Assembly (NCBI GenBank): GCA_040954595.2 | Contig: CM082594.2 | Span: 9,366,296-9,430,295 of the forward strand | Origin: Balanoglossus misakiensis | Lineage: Eukaryota > Animalia > Hemichordata | Direction: 5' to 3' | Length of the DNA stretch: 64,000 bases | Shown: positions 38,949-52,500 of the stretch, piece after piece | Layout of the letters: each line of letters begins with the position of its first letter | Numbering within the stretch: the stretch's first letter is position 1 | Notes under the pieces: model-generated | Told to the model about the DNA's origin: nothing | Seen by the model: the letters and a program-made list of their open reading frames with translations, nothing else | Databases searched by the model: none | Position numbers and translations under genes: made by a program

Positions 38949-39896
38949 TGGACCCAGAAAAGACTGCAAAGGACAGTTCAGCGCATAGCAGCTGGATGCA
39001 TCAGTACTGGGAATATACCAGTGATTATTTTGGAACCTCGGAACATTGACTCTGTTGTCTTATCTCCTAAGTGAACAGACTTTTTGAAGTTCATAATATG
39101 GGCCAACAAACTAGGCCATGTATGAGGAGGTCACCGAATTATCCTGGAACAGGAGGACTTGCTGTTGCAGTTTTGACCATCATCTGCTTCACTTTATGTT
39201 GATACTCATCAAAATCCCAATGACTTTGCTCAGGTGTACTCATATTCAGTGTTCACAGTGCCTACCTTGCTTTCTTGGGTTGGCTACTCAGAAGCAGTCA
39301 GAAGTATTCATATTGGGAACAAAAACTGATGCAGTGATAATCATTTAAGAGGATTTTTATCATAACTTGTGGAGATTGGATGTATTTTTATTACATCTTT
39401 TGATGAATGTTTGGCAAGCGTCAAACTGCATCCCAGATTTTAATGGAGAAAGTATTTTAATGTTTTTCTTCAGTGTTATTTGGTTAATACCAATGCATGT
39501 GCTTCTGTACAATAGTTTTATCTGTAGACAATTTTTAAGAGTATGTTTGAATTTTTTTATGAAATGTTTGAACAAATAAACAATGTTTACCTTATTGGCA
39601 TATCCTTGTGTATTTCTTTGTTGCCTTTTACAAGACTTTTAAGGACATTCTGCGAATAATGAACCCTGGGTATCTCAAGATAGCTAGCTATGAATGTATA
39701 CTATAACCCTATAAAGCAATTTATGAGATGTACCAACAAAATATATAGAAAGGAAATACAGACTTAAAAACACAAAAATTATGAGAAAAAAAAGTTTAAT
39801 AAGTACCTCAACTATAGAGACAACATTCAACATGTGTTCTGTATTGCAAAAAAGACAACTTTCCTTCACAGTTTTCTTTTGTTTTTATAAATATGC

Positions 39897-40738
39897 CTAT
39901 AAGTGCTTATTATCTCTGATCAGTTCTTGGCTAAACCATGATGGTCTCTTCTTTTTCATCTCAACAATGTGTTTCCCTTTATTACTCTCACTGACAGTTT
40001 CTCCCTCATATAACACTACAGCTTCTGTTTGTGGAGTGTTGTAGTTCCATTCCTCACCAAGTGATTCTCTGATTGCCTCTGTTTCAGCTCTCACTTTCTG
40101 AAGGCAGTTCCTGAAAAGAAAGCAACAACTATTAACATTTGGGTTAGTTAAAATAACTAATAAGAACACACCAAGTTCAGTTGGGAGTGCATGTAAAAAA
40201 AGTCTGCCCTTGTGTGGTCGTTCAAACCATTCCACTTATATTTTAACTATACATTGGCATATGTAAATTACATGTGTCTGTATTACTTTCTACCACTTAC
40301 CCACATAGATGGTACAGTAGCTTTGGATGACCACAGGTTTCACATGCTACAATGTCTTCTCTGGGATGAACTCTTTTTTCAACAGCTCTTCTTCTTGTTC
40401 TCCTCCTTTCAAGTGAACGTTTTGACTTTGGCACAGCCAGCAGGAAACCATCCCACAAACTTTTTATGTCTATTCCTCCTTTGCTTTGTGGTTTATTATC
40501 ACATAGATGGCCGTTTGTAACCAATGCTGGTGCTGCAAGATGTAATGATTTGTCGATTTCAGTTTAACTGCCCAATATTGTTTGTCGTAGCAAGGAACAC
40601 TGCAGCAAAATGATAACACGTCGCACAAAAGAATAATTACATACCTAACGGTGGGTGAAAAGAAAACATTTCGAGTAACCTGGACTCAAAACACTGCAAA
40701 GAAACCCGCAAACGTGATATCAACCTGTACGCCGCCAT
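39897..40738 (-). CDS. MRPL32: Mitochondrial ribosomal protein L32 (bL32m)
   Basis: Exons (-): 40738-40645, 40532-40301, 40110-39897. LWDGFLLAVPKSKRSLERRRTRR, zinc motif CETCGHPKLLYHLCGNC, and VVLYEGE...KKRPSWF. Confidence 0.95.
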
Positions 40739-41022
40739 TTTAGTCTGTGGCCAGCTGTTCCATACTATTTCATGGGGAGGTTCGACGGAAGCGTTCGGTT
40801 CAACCAGAGACGGAATTTATCACCTTCCGGTGAAAATAAAATTGAATGATCCATGTGAGAAATATAGTTTTTTATTTCGCCAAAAATATATGTTGTAAAA
40901 AAAAAGCTACTGATCCATATTCGAGAGACCGAAAATATGTTTCCCCCTCAACCTATCCTTCCGACCTCCCTGTTATAAAGTAAAGTGTGTCCAGTCTATG
41001 TACCCATAATGCAATTTTCAAG
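40739..41022. promoter_or_regulatory. Bidirectional promoter MRPL32/PSMA2
   Basis: 284 bp between divergent ATGs, with ETS-like CGGAAG/CTTCCGG motifs near 40786 and 40824. Confidence 0.8.
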
Positions 41023-42399
41023 ATGTCGGAGCGGTACAGTTTCTCGCTGACTACTTTCAGGTAAAGACATTTTACGTGTAGTTGACGCTCCCTTCTTATT
41101 TCGGGGTTAAGATTTGCAAGTGATTCACGTTGTACGATTTTCCTCATTTTACATTATTGAAGTTGCTAAGATCGAAGAATTACATCCACCATAACAGCGG
41201 ATGAACAGGCCACAGGAAGCATGTTTTGCTAACTCACTCACATACACAATCATGAAGCATGCACATTGACATTGTGGAGCTGTGACCATGACATGATGTA
41301 GCCCGCAGGGACTGTGCATATTAAAATCAGTGAAAGTTCACGGTATTGGCAGAATCTGTGGAGTCTTAAGTCAAAATAAAGAGGTTCTAGACCAATAATT
41401 TCTGTTATTTTTCTCTCTGACAGTCCCTCTGGTAAACTGGTACAAATAGAATATGCATTGAATGCTGTTGCAGCTGGGGCTCCCAGTGTTGGCATTAAAG
41501 CATCCAATGGTGTTGTCGTAGCAACAGAGAAGAAACAGAAGTCCATTTTATACGATGAACACAGTGTCCACAAAGTTGAAAGTATCACCAAAAATGTAGG
41601 CATGATATACAGTGGTATGGGACCAGATTATAGGTAAGTAGTGTTGGGTTTGCAGAGTTATACATGTATTGTACTATTTTCCTTTGCTCATTATCTAATA
41701 TCCAAGTATTTTTGTCTCTCCACTTTTTTCCAGGATCTTAGTTCAGAAAGCCAGAAAATTAGCACAACAATATTTTCTAACTTACCAAGAGCATATTCCC
41801 ACATCACAACTAGTACAACGAATAGCATCAGTCATGCAGGAATACACACAATCAGGGTAAGTACAATAACATCTTATTTTGTGGTGTTGGTATTTTGTTA
41901 GTGTTTGAATCAGAAATGAGAATATTCAGGTGGTCTTGTGAGTTACAATGTACATTATTTTTCCTTTTAGTGGAGTTCGTCCATTCGGTGTATCACTGTT
42001 GGTAGTTGGCTGGGACGACGATGAAAAGAGGCCATATTTATTCCAATGTGATCCGTCAGGGGCTTACTTTGCCTGGAAAGCTACAGCCATGGGGAAGAAT
42101 CACGTCAACGGGAAAACATTCCTTGAAAAACGATACAATGAGGATCTGGAGCTGGAAGATGCTGTCCACACAGCTATATTGACACTCAAGGTAAAAAACT
42201 GCAGTATCATGGAGGTATCATGTCAAACTGGGAAAACAAAATTCTCTGAAAATAATTATTGTTTATTCTTTCTTATCTGCAGGAGAGTTTTGAAGGACAG
42301 ATGACAGAAGACAATATAGAGATAGGAATATGCAACGAGAACGGATTCCGGAGACTAACACCAGCTGAAGTCAAAGATTATCTGGCATCAATAGCATAG
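41023..42399 (+). CDS. PSMA2: Proteasome subunit alpha type-2
   Basis: Exons (+): 41023-41060, 41424-41633, 41734-41856, 41971-42190, 42283-42399. Motifs [81 protein letters not shown] and [15 protein letters not shown]. Confidence 0.98.
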
Positions 42400-43110
42400 A
42401 CTGTGGACTTCAAATGCAAACATGGCTGTGTACAATTACACATTAGACTCTTTATGTTTAACATATGTAATTTGTTACTGAAAAAGAATGTCATATTAGG
42501 TCACTGGGTTGACTTTGCTGAGATCAAATCACCACATTAAATCATGCGTTTTTTTCCCCTGATGGCGTATTGTACCAAACACTTCTTTTGACATGTCATT
42601 ACTTTTTGTTATATTTCATTAAGAATACTGAAGGTTTATAGCTAAAATAAACATCTTTCATAACTGTATCATGACTGTTGGAAGTTTTTTTTTTTTTAAT
42701 TAAACCAGTCATTTAAACATTTAAATACATGTACATGGTATAAATGTACATATTTCTCTTCCACCCTATCCTAGAAATGTTAATTCTACACAAATTTAAA
42801 CCCTCGTTTCATAAAGTGTCAGAATAACGGCATTGCAATGGGTGTGTAAACGACCCATGTACTATACCGTATACCACTGCTGTTTAATATGCAAATCAGT
42901 ACAAACAAATGAACATCTGAACTACATTGACACACCTGAGATAGAGCGCCATCGCAACCGCACGCATGAATAATCAATCGACGCATAAATTAAGCCCCGT
43001 TACTATGGCTCGTCGGCAACCTGTTTGTATTCCTATCCAGTGAACGCCTTGCTTCTGGCATATCCCAACCGTGGCCGCCGTGTTCCTTCTTGCTTGACCG
43101 AGTTATAAAC

Positions 43111-44914
43111 ATGGAAGAGGAGAACGAAAACAAATCCCAACACGATCAAGAACAGGATCCGGACGAGGGAGCCGAATTCGAAGAAGAACAGAACCCAGAC
43201 GAGACACAGAAAGAAGACGACGACGACAAAAAGAAGGTGCCGATTTATTTGTTTGTATTCATGTTGACAAGCATTAACAGCATTCCAGATAGCTGTTTAA
43301 AGCGGTCATAGTCCATAATCATATAACGCGGGGCTTTTTATTCTTGACAGGAGAAAAGTAAAAAAGAGAAGAAGAAACAAAAACCGCACAGAGGCCCACC
43401 TACTCCAACACCAGAAGACCTTCGAGAATTGGAGCAAGGATTTATACTTGACAACATAGCAGTGAATTCAATCTCTAAAGATTACGCCAATACACAACCA
43501 AAACTAGGACCAGCTATACCTCCTTACAATTCTCAAAGAGACAAGCACGTCAAGGAATATTTTGAATTTGTTCAGGTAGACAAAACCCTGGACAAAACAG
43601 GTCAGGTAAGACACCTAATTATCCAGGTCACTATTAATATGATTTGCCAATCTCATTACGACATCCAAGTCGCATATGTACGTCTTTCACAACTGTAGAT
43701 GATCAGTGTTCATTCATTTAGTCTTCTGCAAAAAATGCATAATTTTAACGAAGTGTAATTTAAGTGTAGTTTATTTTGGTAGTTTTTGAAATCGAGAAAC
43801 ACAAGTACTTTTATATATTGGAGAAGTATGTAAACGTTACGCATAAATGAACTCACTGGCCCTATTATTTTTGTTATTATGGGGTATGCGTCAAGTTCGA
43901 TCAATCCACTGTCACGGTCAAGGCCAAAAATTAAACATACGATGTAGGACCCCGTAGACGTAGACTTACTAGTATACACCTTTGGATTTTCACGTAACTG
44001 CGAGGAGACTCGCATCTCGTTCACACGGTAGCATATGCAAGATTCACACAGTTTACTACCAAGGCATGCGACGGTCGTCAGGGACTGTCGTCATGGTCAT
44101 AGTCATCTTAAATTTGCACAGGAATTAAATAGGTTTTGCTCAAATGTGGCGACCACGTGTCAATGTTTTGTTATGCTAATTTGGTCGACTTCGAAGCCAT
44201 ACAAGAAATCAAGATAGAAACGTACGAGCTTTGAAATAAACATCATCCCTTGCAGAGAAATATAACTCTGGTTTCTCTCTCTCCCTCAACACACATTGGC
44301 GAAGTGTATATCTAATTTTGTTGATCTCTTTATTCACAGCGCGATGGAGGGTGTTCCATAGATGGGCCGGTCATTGACAAATTCATAGAATCAGGAGCAG
44401 GATATCAGTATCTGTCAAGACGCAATGCAGCTGGAGCAGGTGAGTTCAGTCTGCATCTTTGCTGGTCAAGCTACACGTTCATTTCGGCCAGGCGGCTGTA
44501 ACCAGGACAACCTAGCCAAGCCATGTGGACCAGACAGATCACCTCTTCAAAATGTCTACAAACAGGAAGTGTTTTATACCCACAATGCAATTCAACATCC
44601 CATTTTTTCTTTAACTTTCTCAGCTAGAATATAAATTCTTAGTGAATAAAATCTCTACTTCAGAATCACTACACAATATTTAAAAGCCCAAAAACCATGT
44701 GTTACCATGGTAATCACTTTCAGAGTGTTACAGCATTTCTGTTTTTGCCATTGCAGGACATTCAGCAGATGAAGTGGATGGACATGCTCAGTTTATGCAA
44801 GACGCCAAACCCATGTCTGGGTGGCACGGCCAGTTCGGCTTCAGGAGAAACTCGCCATGGCTTCGGAAATCCCCGTCTAATTTTGGCCTTGACTCTAGAT
44901 CACCAACACACTGA
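43111..44914 (+). CDS. SPMAP1: Sperm microtubule associated protein 1 / C17orf98 (DUF4542) orthologue with an acidic N-terminal extension
   Basis: Exons (+): 43111-43236, 43351-43605, 44340-44439, 44757-44914. LEQGFILDNIAV...PKLGPAIPPYNSQRDKHVKEYF...GYQYLSRRNAAGAGHS...GWHGQFGFRRNSPWLRKSPSNFG follows vertebrate C17orf98 over its whole length. Confidence 0.9.
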
Positions 44915-45618
44915 TTCCTACCCACTCATGCCTTAGGATTATTGGTTTTCTTTCTGAACATGTTGCCAATTCTGTCATCTGTGTATTCTACTGCATCACC
45001 ATGGTTACATCATCATCGTCACAGAAGGAGACTGTTTTGATACGCAACTGGAATTCTACAGAATGCTTAGTTTTCAAATCTAGCAGATTCATGTATATAT
45101 GTTTTGTTTGAACGAGAGATGTGGATTTTTAGTGGGTTAGAAAGGACAAATGTAAAGTTAGTAACTAATGAGAATCCTGTATCAAAATTAATTGAAAAAT
45201 CAAAACTTGGACTTGACAGGAAGACCACCCTGTTGTATCAATAAACACGATACTAGTTGTTTGTGTGAATTCCAATCCACAGAAGATCAACACTGTGTCT
45301 GTTCACAACATGAGCCCTCGCCTTGATCATAATCACTGTTTTGTTGTCAGCAATTTGTTTTAAAATTTACAATAAAATAATGAATGTTAAAAGCAGTTGT
45401 CATGATCGAGACACTCGTCTGTTTTTACCTGTGAAGCGTGGTGACCTCAAAACACACATTGCTCCCTGGCAAGTTGTGTTTTGAGAATGTATGGAACTAT
45501 TTACAAGATTGTCACAGTGATACATATAATCACAACAGACAGAGAGCAACACATTATGAAGTAAAACATTCTGTTATTTATTCTCCCAAATTACAAATGA
45601 GATTCCAAAAGTATATTC

Positions 45619-47217
45619 TCATTTGCTCTGCTTCTTTTTCTTCTGGCTGGTATTGAGAGGACTCCTCTCCTTGCTTTGAACCTTGCTTTTTGGGGTTGAC
45701 AGATTCCTGGCAGATCTCCGTAAAGACGGTGTTGCAACTGTCTCTGACTTTTCAATTTTACTCTTTTTAGATACAGTCTCTGGGGTTTCTGTCAACGTCT
45801 TGTCGGTGGTTGCCACGGTTTCCTGTGTGGCTGAAGAGTCCTCACTGATCTGTGATTTTCTCTTCTGTTTTTTGATTGGTGTCTTTTCTGGGGTCTTCTG
45901 CTTTGGTGTCTTTGTCAGATCATCTGCCTTGTCTTCTTCATCTGTTGATTTCTTTTCCTGTTTGTCTGCCTGACGCTAAAAACAAAAACATTTCATGAAG
46001 TCAGCTACTGCATATCAAAGTATCTCTATTGCAGTCATTTCTGAGCTACGATATTTTCTCACATGATTTTTTATACATTTCCTTCTGATCAGTTTGGCAT
46101 TACTTACATAGCCATCAAAGTCCCAATCAATTCCCATAGCCTTCAATCTTTGCTTCCTTCTTTTCTCCCTCATCAACAATCTCTTTCCCGTCTTCTTTAA
46201 CCTCTTGGGATCTTTCACAACAGAGTTGTGTCTCTCCAGTGACAGTTTGTGGGCTATTGGTTTCTTGAATTTCCTGTCACAGCCTTTGAACAGTTCAGGC
46301 CATCGTTTCTCTTTCGGTATGAATTCGCCTGAAATGAAAATCATTCCATGAGCTGTGAACCTGAAGTCGGAACCTCCGCCCTGCCTAGGCATGGAAGATT
46401 CAGATGCAGGATAGACAGTAGGCTGTTGGAATACTTACATTTCAGAAGTTTATGATACATGAGGTAATTATTCATAGTTTCTGCAACAATCTTGGCGACT
46501 TCTTCAAATTCAAATTCCACAAATGCATAGCCTTTTGAATTTCCAGACTGAAAGTAAAAAAAAAAATCCAAGGATACAAAATTATACCAAGTCTCTTTAC
46601 ATTGTTCAGATCCTTAGGTCCAAACTCACAGCCAAGGCTGAGGCTACAGATCTGCAACAAGCAAAGGGTTAAGTCCTACAATATTTCACTCAAACAGAAA
46701 ATAAAATATCGTATGGTTTAACTTACCTTCTTACTTCGACTTAGACGTAATCTAGTGACGGTTCCAAACTGTGAAAAGAACTCCTTCATCTGTGGTTCAA
46801 AAAATCCATGCGGGATGTGTTTCAGAAATACGACACCTCTTTCTTCAGTATGAGAGCCTGTAGTCTAGATGCAAAAAAAGAGTAATCAATTGGCTTTTAA
46901 AAGCTGTTAGAGAAGATGTGCCTTTAAAGTGAATGTCCATCATTAGCTGCAATAGTACATGTACTGTAATATTTCTACGCAGCTGGTCGAACATGTGTTT
47001 CCGGTATCACACGTCGCGTCTTTTGCCTTTGGTGTTCAAATGTTGATAAATATCAATTTGCGTAGACAACAACGTCTTAAATACTTACCTGTGACTTTAC
47101 TTTCCTTTTAACACTTTTAATCTTTTCTTCGAACTCCGCTTGCTGATTGGCATCCAGCGCCAATTCCACCTTTTCTTTCTCGTCCGACAGTTTTCGTTTT
47201 CGCGTGGTGGCCGCCAT
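45619..47217 (-). CDS. NIFK: Nucleolar RRM protein NIFK (MKI67IP/Nop15)
   Basis: Exons (-): 47217-47089, 46864-46727, 46547-46439, 46328-46108, 45975-45619. [70 protein letters not shown], then [12 protein letters not shown] and a T/P/K-rich tail. Confidence 0.95.
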
Positions 47218-47292
47218 GCTGGATTTCCTTATTGGAGTGAACTTCTCTCCAACAAACACACAAAGCTTCATAGCAACAATCGCGCAAACAAA
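47218..47292. promoter_or_regulatory. Ultra-compact bidirectional promoter NIFK/MDH1B
   Basis: Only 75 bp between the divergent ATGs. ATTGG (reverse CCAAT) at 47231-47235 and X-box-like GCTTCATAGCAAC at 47265-47277. Confidence 0.8.
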
Positions 47293-49565
47293 ATGGCGAA
47301 GTTTGTATTGGCCGGTGAGTGTTGGTTTTGTTTTTTACCTTTTTAGACGTGAAACTACTCGATTTTCAAAATACAATATAAAAGTTCGTTTAGTTCCAGT
47401 TATCTGGAAACCACCTGCTTGTTTTTGTGACACATGCAAACGGGCGATGTCTACAACTTTACAAAGTCGAAGGTGTTGTTGATCGATCATCTGTATTTCA
47501 TTCAGGTCGGCCCACTTTCCATACACATGCGGGCGAAGAGTTGTTTTTACCCTTTCCTACCTCCATCACCAAAATGAGTCTTTTGAAACCCTTGATTTGT
47601 GTGAAAATCATAGAGATGATCGCTGCCACTTATTTACAACATTTTCTCTGTCATTTTCTTCAGGAAAGGCAAACTGTCCGTACTACGCCAAGGCGGAGCT
47701 CCTGGCTGATGATCTCAAAACAAATCTGCCAGATTTCAAAATTCACAAGATTGTGAAAACCCCGGATGAATGGCAGGTAAGACTACGCATTATAAATGAT
47801 AACTATATGTAGTACCAGCCAACCAACCAACTAATGAAAAATGATGTTGTCTTTTTTTTCTATTGAATAGACCTGGTTGTCAGAGCAATGCACACGCCAC
47901 GGCTGGATCCACAACAAGTCACCAATGATATGGAGGGAGTTAGTTGACCGCGGTGGTAAGGGCATGCTCATTGGTGGAGCCAATGAGTTCCAAGAATTCG
48001 CTACAGGCTATTACGGAATCCAGTCCAAAATGGCCAGTGATGATATGAAGAAAGTGTCTGGTGAGAACTTGCACACAAAGGAGGTCATCACAGCTGAAGA
48101 GGAATACATAAAGAGTTTGAGTACACCTCTGCACGTGTGTATCACACATGCCTCCAGTCCGGTGGCATACAACATGGTGAATTCAATAGCCAGGGGTGAT
48201 GTCTTTGGAAGTGAAACAGAGGTTTCCCTGAGGTTATACAGTGATGACGATAGCGTGATGAAGATTCTGGAAGGAGTGAAGATGGAGGCAGTAGATTTGG
48301 CCTATCCGTTACTCAAAGAGGTCACCATAGTAACAGACATTAAACAAGCATTTACAGGTGTGCATGTGGTGATCATGCTTGATGAAATTGCAAAAACAGA
48401 AGACATGGACAGAAAGGACTGGCTGAGAAAAAATGGTGAAGTCTTCACGTCTCGTGGTGAAGTTCTCGATGAAGTCGCACACCGCGATGTCAAAGTCGTT
48501 GTTGCTGGCAGTGGACCTGTCAATCACAACACATACATTCTCACAGTTGCAGCACCCTCCATCCCCAGACAGAACTTTGTAGCTCAAGCAAGGCTACGCG
48601 AGAACTATGCTAAAGCAACAATTGCTAAGAGACTCGCAGTGAATTCAGCTGGCGTTGTAGATCTACTTGTCTGGGGAAATATCAACGGAACCACATTTAC
48701 CGACGTGAGCAGATCCAAGGTCCATGGCTATGATGGAGCAATCTGGGGACCACCGTTCTACTCGAGACCCGTCCTTGACATGGTCCATGATAACAAGTGG
48801 TTAGAAACAGAATACCTGGAGTTACTGAAAAATCACCAGGAGAGTGTTGAAAGCACTCTAGGCCACACTTCGTCAGTGTCAGCCGCAGCAGCTGTGACAA
48901 CTATGCTGGCAGATTGGTGGAATGGTTCCCCTGATGGAAGGATCTATTCTCTGGGTGTTGTTTCTGACGGTCAGTGTTCAATGTTTTGTGCTATATAGAA
49001 GTGTCACTTTACCCTTCCACCCCTTAAGTAATCTTGAAACAGTACTGCATATACATGTACATGTAGTTGTAGCTAATAATAAATAAACTTTCTCTTGTTT
49101 CTAGGTTGGTATGATTTGCCGGAGAGCTTGGTATATTCCCTGCCAGTCAAATTTCAGAAAGGATCGTGGGAAGTCTTGCAAGACTTAGATCTGGAAGACT
49201 CAGTGAAGATCAAACTTCAGGAGATCGGCCGTGAGTTGCAGAAAGAATTATACGTGATGTTCCCACCTCCATTCACCGAGACACCACCACCGTCCGAAGA
49301 AGACAGCGAGAAAGACGACGAGAAGAAGAAAGTGTTTGGACAAGACGGCGAAGGCCCGGATGGTGCCACAGCTGATGGTGAAGCCAAGTCTGATGAAGTC
49401 GGGGAAATTACGTCCGAAATGCGACAACTTGGAACGATTAAAGAGGAAATCGAACCAGAAACGACAGACACAGAGAGAGGCAAAAGTCCTGCAGCGACAG
49501 ATACTGATGGGGCAGCATCTACCGTTGCACCACCAACACCCACACCACAACCAGAACCTGAGTAG
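47293..49565 (+). CDS. MDH1B: Putative malate dehydrogenase 1B (pseudoenzyme-like, ciliary)
   Basis: Exons (+): 47293-47314, 47664-47776, 47871-48969, 49105-49565. Motifs [49 protein letters not shown] and YDGAIWGPP, plus an acidic low-complexity tail. AATAAA at ~50005. Confidence 0.94.
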
Positions 49566-52500
49566 ATGTCTTCTATTCTGGAATTGATCGTGAAGTGTTA
49601 GGAAGTAATTCGTATTTACTTTTGTATCCTGTTGAAGTATTTGTAACAGTGCAAACCAGACAAAGCCAACTCTCTTCATTTGTTAGGCATTTGTATTTTA
49701 TGAATCCACTAAATGAAATGTATGACATATTGAAATTTTTGTATATAACTTTTCTGCAAAGCGCCTGCTGTTTTGGCTGTATGGGTATACATTACATGTA
49801 TACATATATGGTTCAGTTGTTCAGCATAGGTGAGTGGTTTTAAATGAACAGTTACATCTTTAGTTTTACCAATTATCATTATACACCAATTCTGTGTGTG
49901 GTAGGAATTTAAGAACTCAACATTTTGTCATTATTTGCAAATGTAATAATTAGGATCGACTTATTATATATTTTTATGTACATTCAGCACATTGTCTCAG
50001 CCCCAATAAAGTTGTGTATTATTCATACATCAGTTGTGTCTAACTGTGGGAATTTTATCATCTTCTATTACGTACATGAAAGAAGTTCTATAGCATTCCT
50101 TTTTTCCACCATTGGTGGCGCACTTGCATAATATGGCGTATGCACGTGGGAGCTCAAGTCTGTGTGTAAAATTCACTTAGTTTGTTTGCCGTTTGGGGCA
50201 AAACAGGATACTAGTGATGAGATGTCTACAACGAACATGATCAGAAGAAAGATGGGAACACACGGCCCAGAATATTAGCCGGGGCGAGGACGTTACCTGA
50301 AAGCCCGGCTGGCTTGTAGACTTCTCAATCCTTTCATGGATTGTCGGATCTGTTGTGCGAGTCGTGTCTCTGATTCTGTTTGTCACAGTTGCCATGCGAC
50401 ATCTTAGTCTGTAACCATCGCCTGTAGCACCAGGCACTGTGTACCGCGAAGGGCCCGACATCAACAGCATGGAGGTACCACTACTGACACTTCATGTGCC
50501 TGAGGCAACGAAACTTCACCCGGCTCTGAACACAGTGAAGCACGCCAGCTGGAGGCGATGTACAGAAACCGCACACTATGAAAAACAAACACGTCAATCA
50601 AATCAATGGAAAACTGCAAAAACATATTAGTTATCTGAGGAGGGTGAATATCGATCGATATTTGCTTGGTTAGACCAGCTGTGTAGTCTTCAAGTCAGAA
50701 ATATGATCGTATGACAGTGATCACTGACGCAGACACGATCGCGCCCATATTAAAGTAGCTTGATTAATTCAGGATCATGAAGGAACTACGTGGCAAGTAT
50801 CCAGTTACTAAATCTAGACCCTTAAGTGTCGAAATCCACTGAAATCATTAAACTTTTCCTGCGATGAAACAGTCGTGACTTGTAATTATCGATTCAGGGC
50901 GCGATTTCGGATCGATAATATTTTCAAGGTTTTGCCAGAAATTATAGCAATAGTGATCGGGGATTTCATTACAACGAACACAGTTGCGTGATGTAAATGC
51001 TGCGAGAAAATTTGTCAGGGCAGTGTATCTTTAACATTCACAAAGAATGGCAACTTAGTCAATGACAGTTTTGTACGCGCACAAAACCACAACTAACGTC
51101 ATCGGTGTATCGAACCATTCATATCATAAAACTCGGACGATAAAAAAATATACAACGAGCTTTTGAAACTATGACGCCTCGTCGCACGTTTCTGAATACC
51201 AATGACACGGCATACCTTTGCTATAACAACAGCGGGACGTCTCAGTCTTGAAAGGCGAGCTTGGATTAATACCCAAAATTCCTCGAGATGTGGTCATTAG
51301 TGTTAACAAAGCCAATTGGGAAGCCAACTCACAAAACTGCCCTTCAAAGTGACACCTTGTTACCCTGAGTGATAGATACCCGAAGCTCCAGACACGGGAA
51401 TTCACATTCTAATTACCATTGTGTTATGAATGAAAACCATTCAGGAAAATTACAGCATGTTTTCAACACTCATTTATATTTCAGATAAGATTACCGGTAC
51501 GACCTCAATCAAAGATATGAAATATATGAACCGGAAATGTGAACTGTGCGCGAAATTTAGAGCACGGAGAAAAGATTACCGTGCAACAAACAGGAACTTA
51601 AAAAATGAATCTGTCGACTTGTTTATTACATATTCGCTGGTGCCGCCATATACAATATCTCTATCGGTAAAGTGGATATTTTAGGACACACTGACATTTT
51701 TATCGTTTATAAGAATAAACCACTGGGGAGTCGCAAAATTTAAATATGTAAAATAATCTCTATGAATGTCCAACCTCGTGATGTTAAGTTGTCAATGCTG
51801 CCATAAGAAGGCGTCGTTCAGTCGTATCATGACGTCACTGGAGTTATAATCGTGTGTCGCTAGGGCTGAAAATGTTTGCGGACTCAAAAACGCAGTGTGT
51901 GGAAAGGCAACTTGCGTAATCGTTATATTTGAGGAATAAAATTATGATGTTATCTGCATTTCAATCGCAAAGGGCGACAGAAATACGGAGAGTTCTTCAG
52001 CTGTCACGTGATAACCATCATGTTTTAATATGTGAGCGACTTGGGGATTTTCTCGAGTCCCCTCTCAACGACGGAACCACTTCGCTTCCAAACCATGTGA
52101 TTCAACCACAGCTGAAAACCAGACTGTATGTCCCGGCTATGAGTCAGTCTTTATAATAACTTTGTACTACTTTTTAAATCTGTCTTTGAGAATACTAACT
52201 TTTGCAAGTTTGCAAAGGGTTACCTGAAATGATTATATCCAGGGCGCTAAACCATGAACATATCCTTGACTTCACATATCACCATAAAACCAATTTACTG
52301 ACTCGAATCCGCCAGCTTGTCATAAAGACAACCATATCTAGCTGATATTCATCCGGTTTGTATTTCACTTCCGGCTTTAAAATCAAAAGTAAACAGGTTT
52401 TCTTCACGTTTCTTGTCCAATTTCATGAATAAAAGTGATGACGGCGAAATCGATTGCAGGAACCGTGATGACGTCAATGGCTGCAGCGCGCCTGGCAAGC

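Noticed and set aside
49217-49679. Antisense ORFs of 108 and 143 aa
   Set aside because: They are shadows of the low-complexity MDH1B last exon.
50383-50530. Partial similarity on the - strand to the miR-216 3' end and to miR-22
   Set aside because: The seed regions do not match and there is no hairpin.
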